A stretch of DNA of 64,000 nt from Octopus vulgaris (Eukaryota). Of this stretch, positions 24,847 to 39,772 are shown piece by piece. The stretch's first letter is position 1. Each line of letters opens with the position of its first letter. The notes beneath the pieces were generated by a model, which was not told the DNA's origin, ran no database searches, and saw only the letters and a list, made by a program, of their open reading frames with translations. The stretch spans positions 56,916,001 through 56,980,000 of the forward strand of contig OX597823.1 of NCBI GenBank assembly GCA_951406725.2. The letters run 5' to 3'. The position numbers were made by a program, and so were the translations under genes.

Positions 24847-26175
24847 CGTAGCTAAAATAGCTTGTAAATATTGGGTAAAAACCCTGAGTAGATAAAAAAA
24901 TGAAAAGTCAGTCTGTGGGATTCGAGACTAAATCTTATGACATCTACAACATTCAGTTCTTGCTGATAAGACTAAAGTCTCTAAAATGGATGGAACAAAT
25001 CCAAGTTTTGATTTGGTTCAGTAGTAGCACGTCTGTCATATTTATTGAAGACGTAGTGGATTGATCCTCACATTCAGCTTTCAAGTTGTTTTGCTATCCA
25101 AAAGTTTTTTTTCAATATTTACATGCTATTGTTTATAACTTTATCTGCTTCGAGTTGTACTGTTCTCAAAAAGAGTTATATATCTAAAGTCATCCGCTTT
25201 CGGCGTATTTTTGTAGTTTACATCTTATTTCGTGTCGTTTATCTATTTTACCGCTTTTATTTAATCTTCGCTTTTATATCATTTACGCCTCCATTTTCAG
25301 CTTTATATTTCGTATATTTTTTTGATTCATCATCTGTTTAGCAACTTTAATTGTTAGGGTCTGATGGGTTTTCTTGAATAACTATTTTAACACTCGTATT
25401 TCTTCTTTTTACATATATATTTTTTCCACTCCTTTATCTGCTGTAAGCCTTATTTCTTTTTCTATTGTTAATACAACACATATTTCGTCTCCACTATCTA
25501 TTATACAGCTTTAATCTCTGAAAGTCATATATTTGTCCAACTCTATCAAATTTACGTCTTCATCTCATCATTTTACGTTGTACTCATTCTTTTGTTCTTC
25601 CGTTTTACAACTTGAGTTTTTTTGTTTTCACTTTTACGTCTAGTAATTTTTCTCCTTTAATCTGTTTTACGATTTTCTTTACCGAATCTAAGTAAAATGG
25701 TTGTTATCTTACAATACTTTAAGTCTTATACTTTTCTTCTATAATTATTTTTCCATATATATCTTCATCTATTTCTTCTTATATATATTTTCATCTTTAT
25801 CAAATTTAAGTGTTCATTTCGTTATTTTGTGTCCTATTTGTTTAATCTTTATCTGTTAAATGTAATATATTTTTTATTCGTTACAGTTTTTATTTTTCTT
25901 CCCTGTCTATGTTGTCATTTCAATTTTTTACATCTTAATTCATTTTTTTATTCATTTGTTTTAAGTTTTTCTTCTCTCCTTTTAGGTTTACAATTACGTT
26001 CTCTCGTGAGTTTTGTGTATTTAGCTTCATAGCTTTCCGTTTTATATTTCGTTATTCATACATTTTATATTTTGCCTTCTTCGTGTGTTCTATCTTGAGT
26101 CTATTTCATTTCAGTTTACATCTTTCAAGCATTTATATTATTATAGAAATATTTCACTCATGTATATCTTTTAAC

Positions 26176-26636
26176 TTTTACTTGTTTCAGTCATTGGATT
26201 GAGGTCACGACGGGACATTGCCTTCGAGGATTAAGTCAAAGAAATCGACCCCAGGATCTATTTTTTTTGAGTTTGGTTCTTATCGTTGTCTTTTATCGAA
26301 CCATTAAGTCACTGTGAAGTAAACAAACGAACACCGGCTGTCAAGCTGTGCTGAGGGACAAGCATTCGGTTTCCGTCAAGCAAATCTTCTCAGAACGCTT
26401 CGATCAGCATGTAGATATTGTAGAAGACAACTGTCGCGGGTGTCACGAAATTTTGAGGGAAGGAGGCCAATCGATTAGATCGACCCCAGTGCGTAACTGG
26501 CACTTAATTTATCGACACCGAAAGAATGAAAGGCAAAGTCGACCTCGGCGGAATTTGAACTCACAACGTAACGGCTGATGAAATACGGCTACGCATTTCG
26601 CCCGGCGTGCTAAAGTTTCTGCCAGCTCACCGCCTT
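26176..26636 (-). mobile_element. SINE family B (26176-26440) abutting SINE family A (26447-26636)
   Basis: Matches to the two consensus families seen elsewhere in the window. Confidence 0.8.
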
Positions 26637-26775
26637 CTATTGACCCGTATATTGTTGTATAAAGTTGTAGGTAGGTGTGGGTAGCGCTATAAGCCAATCA
26701 GCCCCAACCTTTAGACTCGTCTCAATATCGGACTTGTAAAAACGGTGGAAACTTTCATATACAAAGCGTACTTAA

Positions 26776-26820
<45 letters not shown>

Positions 26821-27280
26821 TATATTTATATTTCTATGCTTGCGATGTATATAAATGTAAATTTTGCCTACTTGTGAGTCTATGTATGTCGCCTTATGAT
26901 TGTGTAACTGTTATATGTATATATATATATGTATGTATGTATGTAAGTATGTATATACATACATACACACATACACATATATATTATGTATATGTATAGA
27001 TATATGTATATGTATGTGTGTGTGTGTGTGTGTGTGCGTGTCTGTGTGTTTGTGTATATGTGAATGCGTGTGAGTGCCAAAATTACTAAATTGATACACC
27101 AGTGCTCTCTACCAATATATTGATTATAATTCTCAGTTGTTTAATTATAAAATAAAGAATCCGTGTAGAATATTTCTTCCCCACATGTCAGTTTGTCAAT
27201 AATGCCATTTTATAAATTATATATTTTCAATGAAAAGAGTCATCTCTAATGAGGGCCAATCGCTAGAGTAAATGTTCAAA

Positions 27281-27381
<101 letters not shown>

Positions 27382-27414
27382 CTCTCTCTATCTATCTGTC
27401 TATCTGTCTATCTG

Positions 27415-27467
<53 letters not shown>

Positions 27468-27829
27468 GTTATGTATGTATGTAGGTATGTGAGCACGACG
27501 TTTATTCCACTCTTTTTGTCGCTGTAGTAGGTTCCATTCACAAGCATTGCATGTTGACTGGTACGATTTTGACTGCAAGTTTTATCAGAATGCCTTCCAC
27601 ACAACTTTCTCAAAAAACAAAGAGGCCTCTCCTACACTTGGGAGATCTTCTCAAACAATAGATGGGATCCTGGAGGACGTACAGATGTCTCTCCATCATT
27701 TCATTTCTTGATCGTTATTTTAATTTTAATTTTATAAAGCTCTATGTTGATGTGTAGAGTTATATCGGCTCAATGCAAGGATGAAAGTAAACCAGGTCAA
27801 CCAAGGTGATTGTCAAACGGCAATAAATG

Positions 27830-28520
27830 ATGAGGCAATCCTTAAGACGAAATGTCCTATTTTCTTATGCACCAAGTTTGACAGTAGTTAAGTCAAACGT
27901 TTTATCCTGAATATCCTTTCTTTAACAACATTGAAGAGTTACATCATCACTTTTCGAAATGCAGTTTGTGGTGTCTGAATTGCATATTGAGTTTTCTTTT
28001 GTAAATCAGTTTTTTGTGAATCTATGGATAGATCAAACATTCGTGTTGTTCATGAATATGAGTTCCGTCGTGGAACCAATGCATCCCAGCCAGCTCGAAA
28101 CATCAATAAGATGTTTGGTGAAGATATGGCGAATGAGCGCACTGCACGTCGATGGATTGAGAAGTTCCGGTCTAGTGAATTTTACTCTCGAAAATCAGCC
28201 CCATGGTAGGCTTGAGACCAAGGTGAATAATAATGAACTGGAAACTGTATTGCATTGAAAGTGGAGTTAGCAGCAGGGTTTGATGTTTCGATTCCATCTA
28301 TATTGGACATCTGAAACAAATCAGCAAGGTAAAGAAGCTAGACAAGTGGGTACCGCATGGAGTGAACGAGCATCGAATGACACGTCGTCTTGAAACTTGC
28401 TGTTCTTTGCTGTCACGGCATAAAAGCGAACTAAAATTTGTATTGCATTGATACGCGTGATGAAAATGGATTCTTTTCAACAATAGCAAGCGTTCTGCGC
28501 GGTGGTTGGATAGAGACGAA
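27830..28520 (+). mobile_element. 5' half of a decayed mariner (DD34D) transposon
   Basis: YEFRRGTNASQPARNINKMFG..NERTARRWIEKFR, KVKKLDKWVPH, DEKWILFNN..WLD; frameshifted and truncated after the first catalytic Asp. Confidence 0.88.
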
Positions 28521-28725
28521 GGATTGCTCTGCATTTAAATTAATGTAATGGTTTCATTGTTCAATTAAATGGAGTTGCGTGAAACGATCGCACTGCGCTA
28601 CCTCTGAATATCCTTGTTGTTTATTTTGATCTTAATCACCTTATTCTGAAATTGTATGGATAATACCAAACTAAATTTTGGTGCCTCAACTTAAGTACCA
28701 TATTCATCTGAATCTAAATTATATA

Positions 28726-28847
<122 letters not shown>

Positions 28848-29166
28848 TCTGTGTGTGTATTTTATGTGTCTTTATGTTTGTCTCCTTTCCATCATTGACA
28901 ACCGATCTCGGTGTGTTTACGTCACCGTAACTTAGAGACCGATAGAATAAGTACCAGTCTTACAAAGAATAAGTCCTGCGGGCGATTTCCTCAACTAAAA
29001 GGCGGTGCTCCAGCATATCCACAGTCTGAAACAAATAATATATATATGTATATATATCAATAATATTTTTTCATATTTCTTTCATAAAATTCTTTTATAA
29101 GCTTTAAGCTTATAAAAACATCATTATTTACGGAATTGTAAACTTCCGCATCGCTTATCAAATGAT

Positions 29167-29220
<54 letters not shown>

Positions 29221-29267
29221 TATATATGTATATATATTTATATATATATACATATATATACATATAT

Positions 29268-29330
<63 letters not shown>

Positions 29331-29738
29331 CGCGCACACACACACACATATATAAAAACACACAGACTCACGCTCTTATCCCTATATGTAGATGTCTGCG
29401 TAACTATAAATAAATAAAGTCTCATCCTTCTTATACCAATATATTGAGTCATAGACATCTTGGCACATTCTCTGCATCTTTGGTTTCTGTGGATCTTACT
29501 TGCTTTTAGAAGCAAGGTCATTGGTGAACGAACCAATTATTTGGGCGCCATACTGAAATGAAGGAAATTTGAACTCAACGTTGTAAGACTATGAGACACA
29601 ATGTCAATATGCAGTATTTGTTTCCTAGAATACGACCAATACGAAACACAAAATCACCAGCAGACGAATGTTCTGTGAATCAGGCTGATTTGTCTTAAAT
29701 GCAGGACTCATTGGATCGCGTAGCTTTTATCTTTTATC

Positions 29739-30240
29739 CTTTGCTTCTTTCAGTCATTAGGCTGCGGCCATGCTGGGGCAACGCTTTCAATGTTTAAGCA
29801 AATAAATCGACTCAGTCTTATTTTTTAAGCATAGTACTTGTTCTGTCGGTCGCTTTGTCAAACTGCTAAGATATGGGGATGCAAACACACTCATACCAGT
29901 TGTCAAGCGGTGATGGGAGGTGAGACAAACACAAACAGAAAAACACATACAAACACACGCGCGCATATACGACGTGCTCATTTCAGTTTCGGTCTACCAA
30001 ATCCACTCACAAGGCTTTGGTCGGCCCAAGGCTTATAGTAGAATACATTTGTCCAAGGTGCCATGCAGTGGGACTGAACACGGATGCATGTAGTTGGTAA
30101 GCAAGCTACTTACCACACACCCATTCCTGTAATGGTATGAGAAGCTCTAAGAGACTATAGTTGAAGACACTTGCCCAAGTGGGACTGAACCCGGATCCAT
30201 GTAGTTGGGAAGCAAGCTCTTTTCCAGTCAGGCACGCCTA
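29739..30240 (-). mobile_element. SINE family B with a duplicated head
   Basis: Full copy at 29739-30130 plus a second head GAAGACACTTGCCCAAG..ACTGAACCC at 30155-30240. Confidence 0.8.
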
Positions 30241-30777
30241 CGTATGGAAGAAAAAAATTGAATTTTTACGGATTGAATGTTTTGGATCATAGCTAGTTTC
30301 AATGAGAATTTAACCGAAGCTAAAAACAATAATTACGTTATACTTGTATCTACTTTCTTCAGAGTTTGATACCTTGATCAGGGATACAGTGTGGAGCTGG
30401 TAACTAGATTTGACGAAATTCTTAACCCAGCCGTTTCCATTTTTATATGGTTTATTTAGGGCAGATCAGAGAAGTAGGAACCCATTCTCTTCCATCGCGT
30501 TTTGATTAGAAATATAAAAGTTGAGTTTGGAAATGCAAGCAAGTTACATTTAAGCTTCATGACATATTTCAAAGTTATGTTTGTTGGCTACAAACACAGC
30601 GCAGCATGATTTTCAGGATTTGACCCACAAAGTTTCTCTGATACTTTATTAGCACAAAGAATTGGGACTCTCATTAGTAACTTCATCAGTATTGACTTAC
30701 TGTATCGAAATGTGATAAACAGGGACAATTTATCAATTTATTAGCGTTGACTTGTCGTGTATATTATACGATAATAC

Positions 30778-31055
30778 AGGCACGTGGCTTAGTGGTTATG
30801 GTATGCGACTCACGAATGTAAGTCGCAAATTTGATTTCCGGCGTCACGTTGTGTCCTTGAGCAAGACACTTTATTTCACGTTGCTCCAGTTCACTCAACT
30901 GCCAAAATAGTCTTTGTCACGCCGAATCTCCTTGAAAACTACGTCAAGGGTAAGCAAGTGGAGTGCTCAGCCACTTGCTCGTAAATTTCACTAGCTGGCT
31001 GTTCCATTAATCGGATCGACTGGAATCCTCGTTGTCGTAACCGATGAAGTGTCAG
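30778..31055 (+). mobile_element. tRNA-derived SINE related to family C
   Basis: GGCACGTGGCTTAGTGGTT..TGTGTCCTTGAGCAAGACACTTTATTTCAC; tail homologous to 5404-5560; related copies at about 36924 and 37580. Confidence 0.75.
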
Positions 31056-31239
31056 AAAAAAGAAATAGCCATACAGTATCGAAACGTGATTGACGGGGAC
31101 AATTTATCAATTTATTAGCATTGACCTGCCCTACTTAACAGGAAAGAATGGCCAACGTTTTTCTAAGGTTCAGTTGATTAAGTGGGTATAATTATTGGTT
31201 TCATTACTGTCAAGTAATTAACTCAAAACCGTCACTTTT

Positions 31240-31553
31240 GCCAAGCCGCCTAGTTACGGCGATACAAACAAACCAGCACCAGTAATCACGCGATGATTTT
31301 GGGGGTCAAAAACAATAATACACGCATATACATATATTTTAGACCCCATCCACACGTATATTTATATATATATATATATATATATATACATTTATACACG
31401 CATGACTGGCTTTAGCACAGTTTTCATCTATCTAATTCATTCACAGGGCATTTGTCGGCCTGAAGATATAGTAGGAGATACCGCGCAGTGAGATTGAACC
31501 CGAAACGACGTGGTTGCAAAACAAGCTTCTTAACCACACAGTCTTGTCTGCGC
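31240..31553 (-). mobile_element. SINE family B, diverged
   Basis: GCAGTGAGATTGAACCCGAAAC..AAGCTTCTTAACCACACAG. Confidence 0.7.
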
Positions 31554-32087
31554 TTGTCAATTATTTCTATAATAGCGAATTTACCAAATTAACAACGCGT
31601 TATTTGGCTTCGCTAAAGAAGATATGTTAGCTAAAGGGGAGATTCGTATTAACTTCATTTTCTTCTTGAGAAACCAAGTTTTATAACTTAACTAATACAA
31701 ATTTGGCTATTCAGCCTTAGTTACTGACGGATTAAAACTGTTTATTTACGGGGAAGAGAAAATAAAGCTTAGCAATTCATACTATCTTCTGGGGTATTGC
31801 ATATATATACAGGTTATAAGGAGACAATCTTTTATCACGAATACCAATATTAAAAAAAATTGTCTGCTTAGCGGAATGTTCCAAACTTTGGTCATAATCT
31901 TATTAAACAGCATTAACTTAATATCTTTATAACGATATTCATCGCAAAGAATATCTCAGCATAATCATTTATAATTAACCACCAGCAGCTAAATAAAAAA
32001 CAACTTTTAACACATGGCTGCGTTTGAAACTATATAAAGGGTCATACGACCAAGAAACGAAACCCTTTAGTTATCTCGTTTTTTTTC

Positions 32088-32402
32088 TTTTTACGTGCAT
32101 CAGTAACTAGCCTATGGTCATGCTGGGTCACTGCCTCGAAGGATTTTAGTCGAACGAATCGACCCAAGTGCTTAATTTTATTTTAAAGCCTCGTACTTAT
32201 TCTATCGGCCTCTTTTGCAGAAACGCTAGGTTGCGGGAACGTAAAAACATCAACACCGGCTGTCAAGTAGTGGTTAGAGTGAAACACGAATATACACACG
32301 CACACGCATACGACAGGCTTCTTTTAGTTTCCGTCAACCAAAATCCAGTCAGAAGGCTTTGGACGGAACGGTGCTATAGTAGAAGACACAACCCCTAGGT
32401 GC
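32088..32402 (-). mobile_element. SINE family B, partial
   Basis: GTCGAACGAATCGACCC..GTACTTATTCTATCGG..GCTATAGTAGAAGACAC. Confidence 0.75.
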
Positions 32403-33674
32403 CTTTGCATGCTGGGGAAAATTTTTCAATGAGATCTATTCTATTTAACAGCTTTCATTAAAATTGAGCATCTAATTTTCAGTCCGTAATACGTTTAGAT
32501 GTGTTTCCTAAGCATTCAAATCGAGTGAGACACGAGGACATTTGTAGTATTTCACAGATCAACATAGGACAAATAAGTGTCGCATGAGCACCACTATGCA
32601 TATTAGTGACGCCTCGCTTTGAGTTACATTTTTTACATGCCCATTAACTGCTTTTTCCTGACATCATAGCGATTGGAATAACACATCTTCAACAAGAATT
32701 TATTAAAGTTTGAATGACAATATGTTCGTTCCACACACCATGCTGTATATTTCCCACAATTTCATTTCACGAAAAGACGTTTTCAATACAAATAACGCCT
32801 CAATGTATGAGAGAGTTTAAGATGATCGTTTTTGATGGCCAGTACCCACATATTTAGAATTCATGTTGACAGTATTTATATCTACTCAACATTACAATCG
32901 AACTGATCCAGTCAAGGACAATAAATATTGTCAGTAATATACCATCTGATGAAGACTGTAGATAAACGGATCGAAAAGTAAGATAAATGGCTCCATTGTT
33001 GGACGATGGGGAGTCAATTTTTGTATCAAGTGTTTTATCTGCTTCTAAATTAAATGCTAAATGGGTGAGCTTTTTAGAGACACATGTCCCCTTAAGTTAA
33101 TTCTCCGGTAGAATCAGCGTGAGACAGTGTGTGAGACAAAGCTGTACCTTTTTGTTACAGATACAATCCACCAAAAAGGGCTTCTATACAGTTTCCATCA
33201 AACTATTTTCCATTATAAAATATGCGGTGGGGTGGGGCTATCGAAAATAACATTTGTCCAACATGCTACGCTGTGAGATTGAAGCTTGGGTCTTATGGTA
33301 GTGAGGCCCTGGATTCAGTTGGCCATGCTGTGCTAGGTAAGAAAAATATTACTATTGTAAACATATACACACCAAACACTAGGAATATAAGTATCACGTA
33401 ATTTTGATGTCACAAGTATATAGAAACTTCGAGAACGTGATATAAGCCAGCTTTCGAATTTTTCTAACCAAAGAGATTTTAACACAATATTCACACGCTA
33501 TTATTTAAAGCGTTATTTGCTTCGAGACTACACCATCCCTAAAAAGAAAAGAATCATCGCATGATTTAAATTTTTCATAAGTTTGGACGTTAGATTGTAT
33601 AACATCATTGAGTGGCAGAGCTAACAAAAGATCCACTTAAAAAGACACTTTCTTAAGTTCTCTGTTAACAAGGA

Positions 33675-34147
<473 letters not shown>

Positions 34148-34404
34148 GTATGTACTTTATTTGTGGATTTACAGGACAACACCAATGGTTCCATGTGAAA
34201 CACATTAGGGTGAGAAATCCAGCTTATTCTCCTGCCACCTTGGCCAGTTCCATAGACATTTAGACAAGGACGACCAGAGTAATAACAAATGCAGAAGGAA
34301 CAACGACGGGGACGGTGAGAGGAAACAGAAGACTACCAATGACAGCAACAACTATCACAACAACTGCATCATGAACAATAGCACCCAAGACAGCAATGAC
34401 AATA

Positions 34405-34580
<176 letters not shown>

Positions 34581-35219
34581 AATGTATTTGGCAGTGCAAC
34601 AATAATCTTAATCGTTATTTTCTTGCTCCACCTGTTTAACTTCCTTCTTCTCCTCCCCCCCTTAAACCTTCCCCCTCTCCTCTAGCTCTCACCCTACCTT
34701 TAACTTTATTATTATCAACATCATAAAATTGGGAGCGACAACAAGTAGCAAAAACAAAGAAAAAAATTTGAAAATATTAAAAAACAAAAGCAATGAATAA
34801 AATATATAAATATATATATATATATATATAAACAATACATCGTAATAACAATAACAAAAATAACAGCAACTACTGCAAAAACAATAACAACAACAACACC
34901 AAAGAAAGGAAACGACGACAACCATAATAACTACAACATCCGATCCATTCTTCCATTCTAGAATTGTTCGGCACAAAATTTCAAAACTGAAACTAATACA
35001 CAAGCCAGATACACACAAACAAACATACATTCATGCGTATATATACACGATTATACACTCTTACATATATACATACGTTTATATACTCATACATATACTC
35101 GCATATATATATATACATATATATATATTCACATAATATATATACATATATACATGTACACACATACATATATATATATTATATATTCATGTATCTAAAT
35201 ATACGTGTGTCTGTGTGTG

Positions 35220-35267
<48 letters not shown>

Positions 35268-35416
35268 TGCATACACTCACGTAGCCTTTATCTCTTAGGC
35301 TAATTAAATGTAGGTCATCGAAATAATCGTTTCATTTTATTTTATTTTTAATTATTATATTCACATACATACATACATACATACATACATACATACATAC
35401 ATACATACATACATAC

Positions 35417-35447
<31 letters not shown>

Positions 35448-35461
35448 CATACATACATACA

Positions 35462-35497
<36 letters not shown>

Positions 35498-36191
35498 TAT
35501 ACATACAGTCATATACACTTATATATATTCATACATACACTCTTTCTATGCGTTGATATTGTTTTTTTTTCTTTTTTGTTTCATTTTCCTTATTGGTTTC
35601 TTTTTTTATAGTTGTTTGAAAATTGATAGGAAAATGCCAAATGATGATAGAGGAAACTGAAAGACAGAGAAAAAGAAAGAAAGAAAGAAAGAGGAGAAAG
35701 AGAGAAAGAGAAAGAGAGAGAGAGCGTGATGGTGGATGTTATCTCTCAAGTGTCGGACATTTTCCAATATGAACGACTTCAAAAGTGCATCACGTGTCTT
35801 ATAGAAAATCAATGGGTATGGCGGCGCTTAATTGAATTGTCTTTGGTTAGTATCACGTCACTCAGACAAATAGACGAACTGGGAGCAAGGGCGACGACGA
35901 TAACAACAACAACAACAACAGCAAAAACAACAATAGCAACAATAACTAAAACAGCATAATGGCAATAATAATGAAACTGAAAAACACCCATGATAATAAG
36001 GATGATAATACAAAGAATAACAATCGCAATAAAAGAAGAAAATAGCACTGCCCGCCTTTTTCCAGTACCACCAATGCCACTACCGTCAACAAGAAATAAG
36101 TAACGCATAATAAGTAATAATTAATACTACCATTGATACTAATGCCGCTACTATTACTACTACTAATACTAATAATACCGCTGCTGCTGCA

Positions 36192-36254
<63 letters not shown>

Positions 36255-36549
36255 ACTACTACTACTACTAGATAATGGTGATGATGAGGAAGATGATGAT
36301 AACGATATTGATGACGTTTGAGGTGATAATGTTGACGTTAACGTAGATTATGATAATGTCGATGGTAATGATGATGATGATGATGATGTGTACATGATAA
36401 CCATGGAGATAACGATGATGATGATGATGATGATAGTTTCTACTAATAAACGTGAAAATGTCGTCTTAAGTGTTTTTAAAGTGTTGTGACTGGTGGTATC
36501 AGTATTGATTGGAAATTGGGCAACATATAAATGTATGTATATAAGTATG

Positions 36550-36595
<46 letters not shown>

Positions 36596-36612
36596 CATAC
36601 ATATATATATAT

Positions 36613-36679
<67 letters not shown>

Positions 36680-36784
36680 CACTCTCACAAACGTGCGCAC
36701 ACACATATATACCTCTTGATAGATGTGTATACACAAAGAGGATATAAATGCATATATATATATATATATACATACATACATACG

Positions 36785-36827
<43 letters not shown>

Positions 36828-36885
36828 CACACATATCAGGTTCATTTTTACATATCCATATACATACATAGCTTTCTATCTCTCT

Positions 36886-36926
<41 letters not shown>

Positions 36927-37699
36927 GCCTAGTGGCTTGGATCGTGCACCAATAATCGGAAGTTTGTGGTTTCGATTCATGACTGGAATTACTACAACAT
37001 CCACTCTGCACGGGACGCCAGACCTTTGCTGTGTTGTTCATTTACAGCTGACTGGACTCTATCAACGTGAAACGAAATGCCTTGCCCAAGAGTACAACGC
37101 ACCGCCTGACCCCGTGAGCTTTGTTCTTGAGCAAAACTTTATTTCACGTCACCCCAGTCTCCCCAGTTGAAAGTGAATAACCCGAAAACGATCTGGTATC
37201 CTCTTCATGAGGAATATTGTGATCTCGGTCACATTTATGCCATAGAAACTATAATTCTCAGTAGCACCTACTCGCCAAAATATAGCAGGGTTGTTTTTAT
37301 AATATTTATATAATTCTTAATCTTAATACTTCTTGTCTTAGTCAAATTCCTTTTTCTATTTTAATTTGTATTTTTGTTTTAGATACTTTATTCTTTTTTC
37401 TATATTTTTCTTCGATTCTTTGTTATCATTTTGTAGCATATCTTGCCTCCTAATCCCACTGGGTTTTAAATTCTTCTTGTGATAAACTTTTATCTTTTTC
37501 TAATGTTCAAAATCGAGTCATTTCCCTGTGACCAAATATTCTTTCGTCAGTTTGACTTGCAATTACCTACTGTAATTGAAGGCGCGTGGCTTAGTGGTTG
37601 GGGTATTTGGTTCATGATCGTAAAACCGTGAGTTCAATTCCCGGCGACGCATTCTGTCCTTGTGCAGGACATTTTATTTCACGTTGCATCGGTCAACTT

Positions 37700-38310
37700 C
37701 GATGGAGATACTGTTTTGAGTCTGTTGTAAATGTCAGTTACAAATGTACTAAATGTTGGACTTTTTAAAAATCAAAATGTCCAGAAATGGGAGCTGTTCC
37801 TTGCTATATTTCATTGTAAATTGGATGTTGGAGTTCATATTGTTCAATGTGGATTTGAAATCCACGAGTTTATCATAGGTTTCATTCCAGATGATAAAAC
37901 AATCGTCTAGGTACCTTTTCCAGTTTTCTCTTATATACTAGTGGAATGGGGTTCCAAATTTTTGGAGCGGAAGTTCATATAGGGTAGATTCAAAGAAACC
38001 CATTATTAGGTTCGCAAGGACAGGCGCTGCTTTCGTTTCCCTCGCAATACCATATTTTTGGCGGTAGTATGTTGTATCGAATAGGAAGTAATTGTTTTGT
38101 AGGATGAACTTCAGGGATTCAATGACAAAAGTCTCGTTTATGCGGTCCGGGAGAACTTCGGGGTATTTTTCTAACCAGAATTTTATTGCCTCTATTTTGT
38201 AGTCATGTGGAATGTTAGTGTAGAGGTTGATGACATCGAAGGAGACTAATAGAGTTTCTTCATTGGTGGTTTTTGGTAGATGCTCTAGCATGTCCAGATC
38301 TGGACAGAAG
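37700..38310 (-). pseudogene. Penelope-like reverse transcriptase remnant
   Basis: LVSFDVINLYTNIP, ILQNNYFLFD..YYRQKYGIA....APVLANL, then past a stop WKRYLDDCFIIW..NIQFTMKYS..LPFLD. Confidence 0.9.
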
Positions 38311-38503
38311 TACCTCAACACTTAATAAATCATGTCATAATCAAAGCTGAAGAAATCCTAATCTTTGCCTGATTGGAAAACCTTCACGATGTGGGTGAAA
38401 ATAAAACACAAATATAAATATCCCGTTTGCAGTCACCTGTAGCCATAGACAACACATCTTATATTAGGCCAAACAATGCCTTCCAATATTAGATGAATCA
38501 TTA

Positions 38504-38718
38504 GGCAGCGAACTGGCAGAATCGTTAGCACGATAGGGCAAAATATTTAGCGTTATTTCGTCTGTGTTTTCGTTCCGAGTTCAAATTCCGATGAGACTGG
38601 CTTTGCCTTGCACCCTTTCGAGGTAGATAAAATAGTACCATAGGGTACAAGGGTCGATGTAATCGACTTATCCACTTCCCTGAAATTGTTGGCCTTGTGC
38701 CACAATTTTAAACCAGTT
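38504..38718 (+). mobile_element. SINE family A
   Basis: GGCAGCGAACTGGCAGAATCGTTAGCACG..GAGTTCAAATTCCG. Confidence 0.8.
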
Positions 38719-38729
38719 TTACATCAGTC

Positions 38730-39400
38730 ATTACATTTCCAATAAATAACTAAAGAAACACAAATTAACAACAGCCGAAGACAACGGTCAAATACCAAAA
38801 CAATATTAAGAAAGTCGGAATTCATATCATAGATGAACATATTGCATGCTACAAACTGTGAAGCGCCTCGTTGTGGGGCGTCTGAAATATTTGAGTAAAG
38901 AACAACCAAAATAGTCAAGAATGAGAATGAGAAGGAATTTATGGTGAATTTCAAAACAAAAAAAATGTCGACTATTGCTACACATGGCCACAATAAAATA
39001 AGAATTATAACAGAGGAAGAATCATAATTTATTAGAAGCGTGAGAGTGAAAAAACAACAAATTAAGAATTCATCACTTAGAAATGTTTCAAGTAGGGAAC
39101 ATCTAAACATTCGTGCAAACTGAAAATTCAAAATATTTCCATTTTTCAAAATAAAGATAAAATGATAAACTTTGAAAGGCAAAAGAAGAATACAGTATTA
39201 GAATTATAAATCCGAAACTAAACTAGAAATAGTCAAAACCATTATTAAGAACAAATTCTTCCATGTGTTTTATCCCATAACACGTGTGTCTGAAGAGTTG
39301 AACAATGAAAGCGCTTACACACAATATACGTAAACTTCATTTTTAAAGGTTTGTGTCATTCTGTTTTTCAAAAAACATTGCTAAATAGTTAACTTTTGAG
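38730..39400 (+). mobile_element. Decayed Penelope-like linker/GIY-YIG 3' end plus pseudo-LTR
   Basis: SRRQRSNTKTILRKS..CEAPRCG..RVKKQQI..EHLNIRAN*KFKIFPFFK..KEEYSIRIINPKLN*, followed by a hammerhead motif. Confidence 0.65.
39284..39322 (+). ncRNA. 39-nt minimal type I hammerhead ribozyme motif
   Basis: gtgtgt-CTGAAGA-gttg-aa-caat-GAAA-gcgc-TT-acacac; 6-bp stem I, palindromic stem III AGCGCT, CUU triplet. Confidence 0.75.
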
Positions 39401-39561
39401 AAAATCATTCTGTACACACGCGCGCACACACACACAGCAGATGGTTCCTTTACTACATGTATACACACATAACACACAAAGTAGAACTATGTCCCAATGA
39501 CGAACTACCTCAGCACACAAGTATAAGAACACCATGCCCAGAACAAAAACAAAATAATATT

Positions 39562-39772
39562 TTCTAGTCTAGGCACAAGGCCCGAAATTTTGGGGGAGGA
39601 TGCCAGTCGATTAGATCGACACCATTACGCTACTGGTACTTAATTTATCGACCCTGAAAGGATGAAAGGCAAAGTGGACCTTGGCAGAATTTGAACTCAG
39701 AACGTAAAGACAGACGAAATACCGCTAAGCATTTCGCCCGGCATGCTAACGTTTCTGCTATCTCGCTGCCTT
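39562..39772 (-). mobile_element. SINE family A
   Basis: GATGAAAGGCAAAGTGGACC..AATTTGAACTCAGAACG..GCTAACGTTTCTGC. Confidence 0.85.

Noticed and set aside
35726-35959. ORF MMVDVISQVSDIFQYERLQK.. as a host exon
   Set aside because: No recognisable homology or splice sites, and it runs into (ACA)n.
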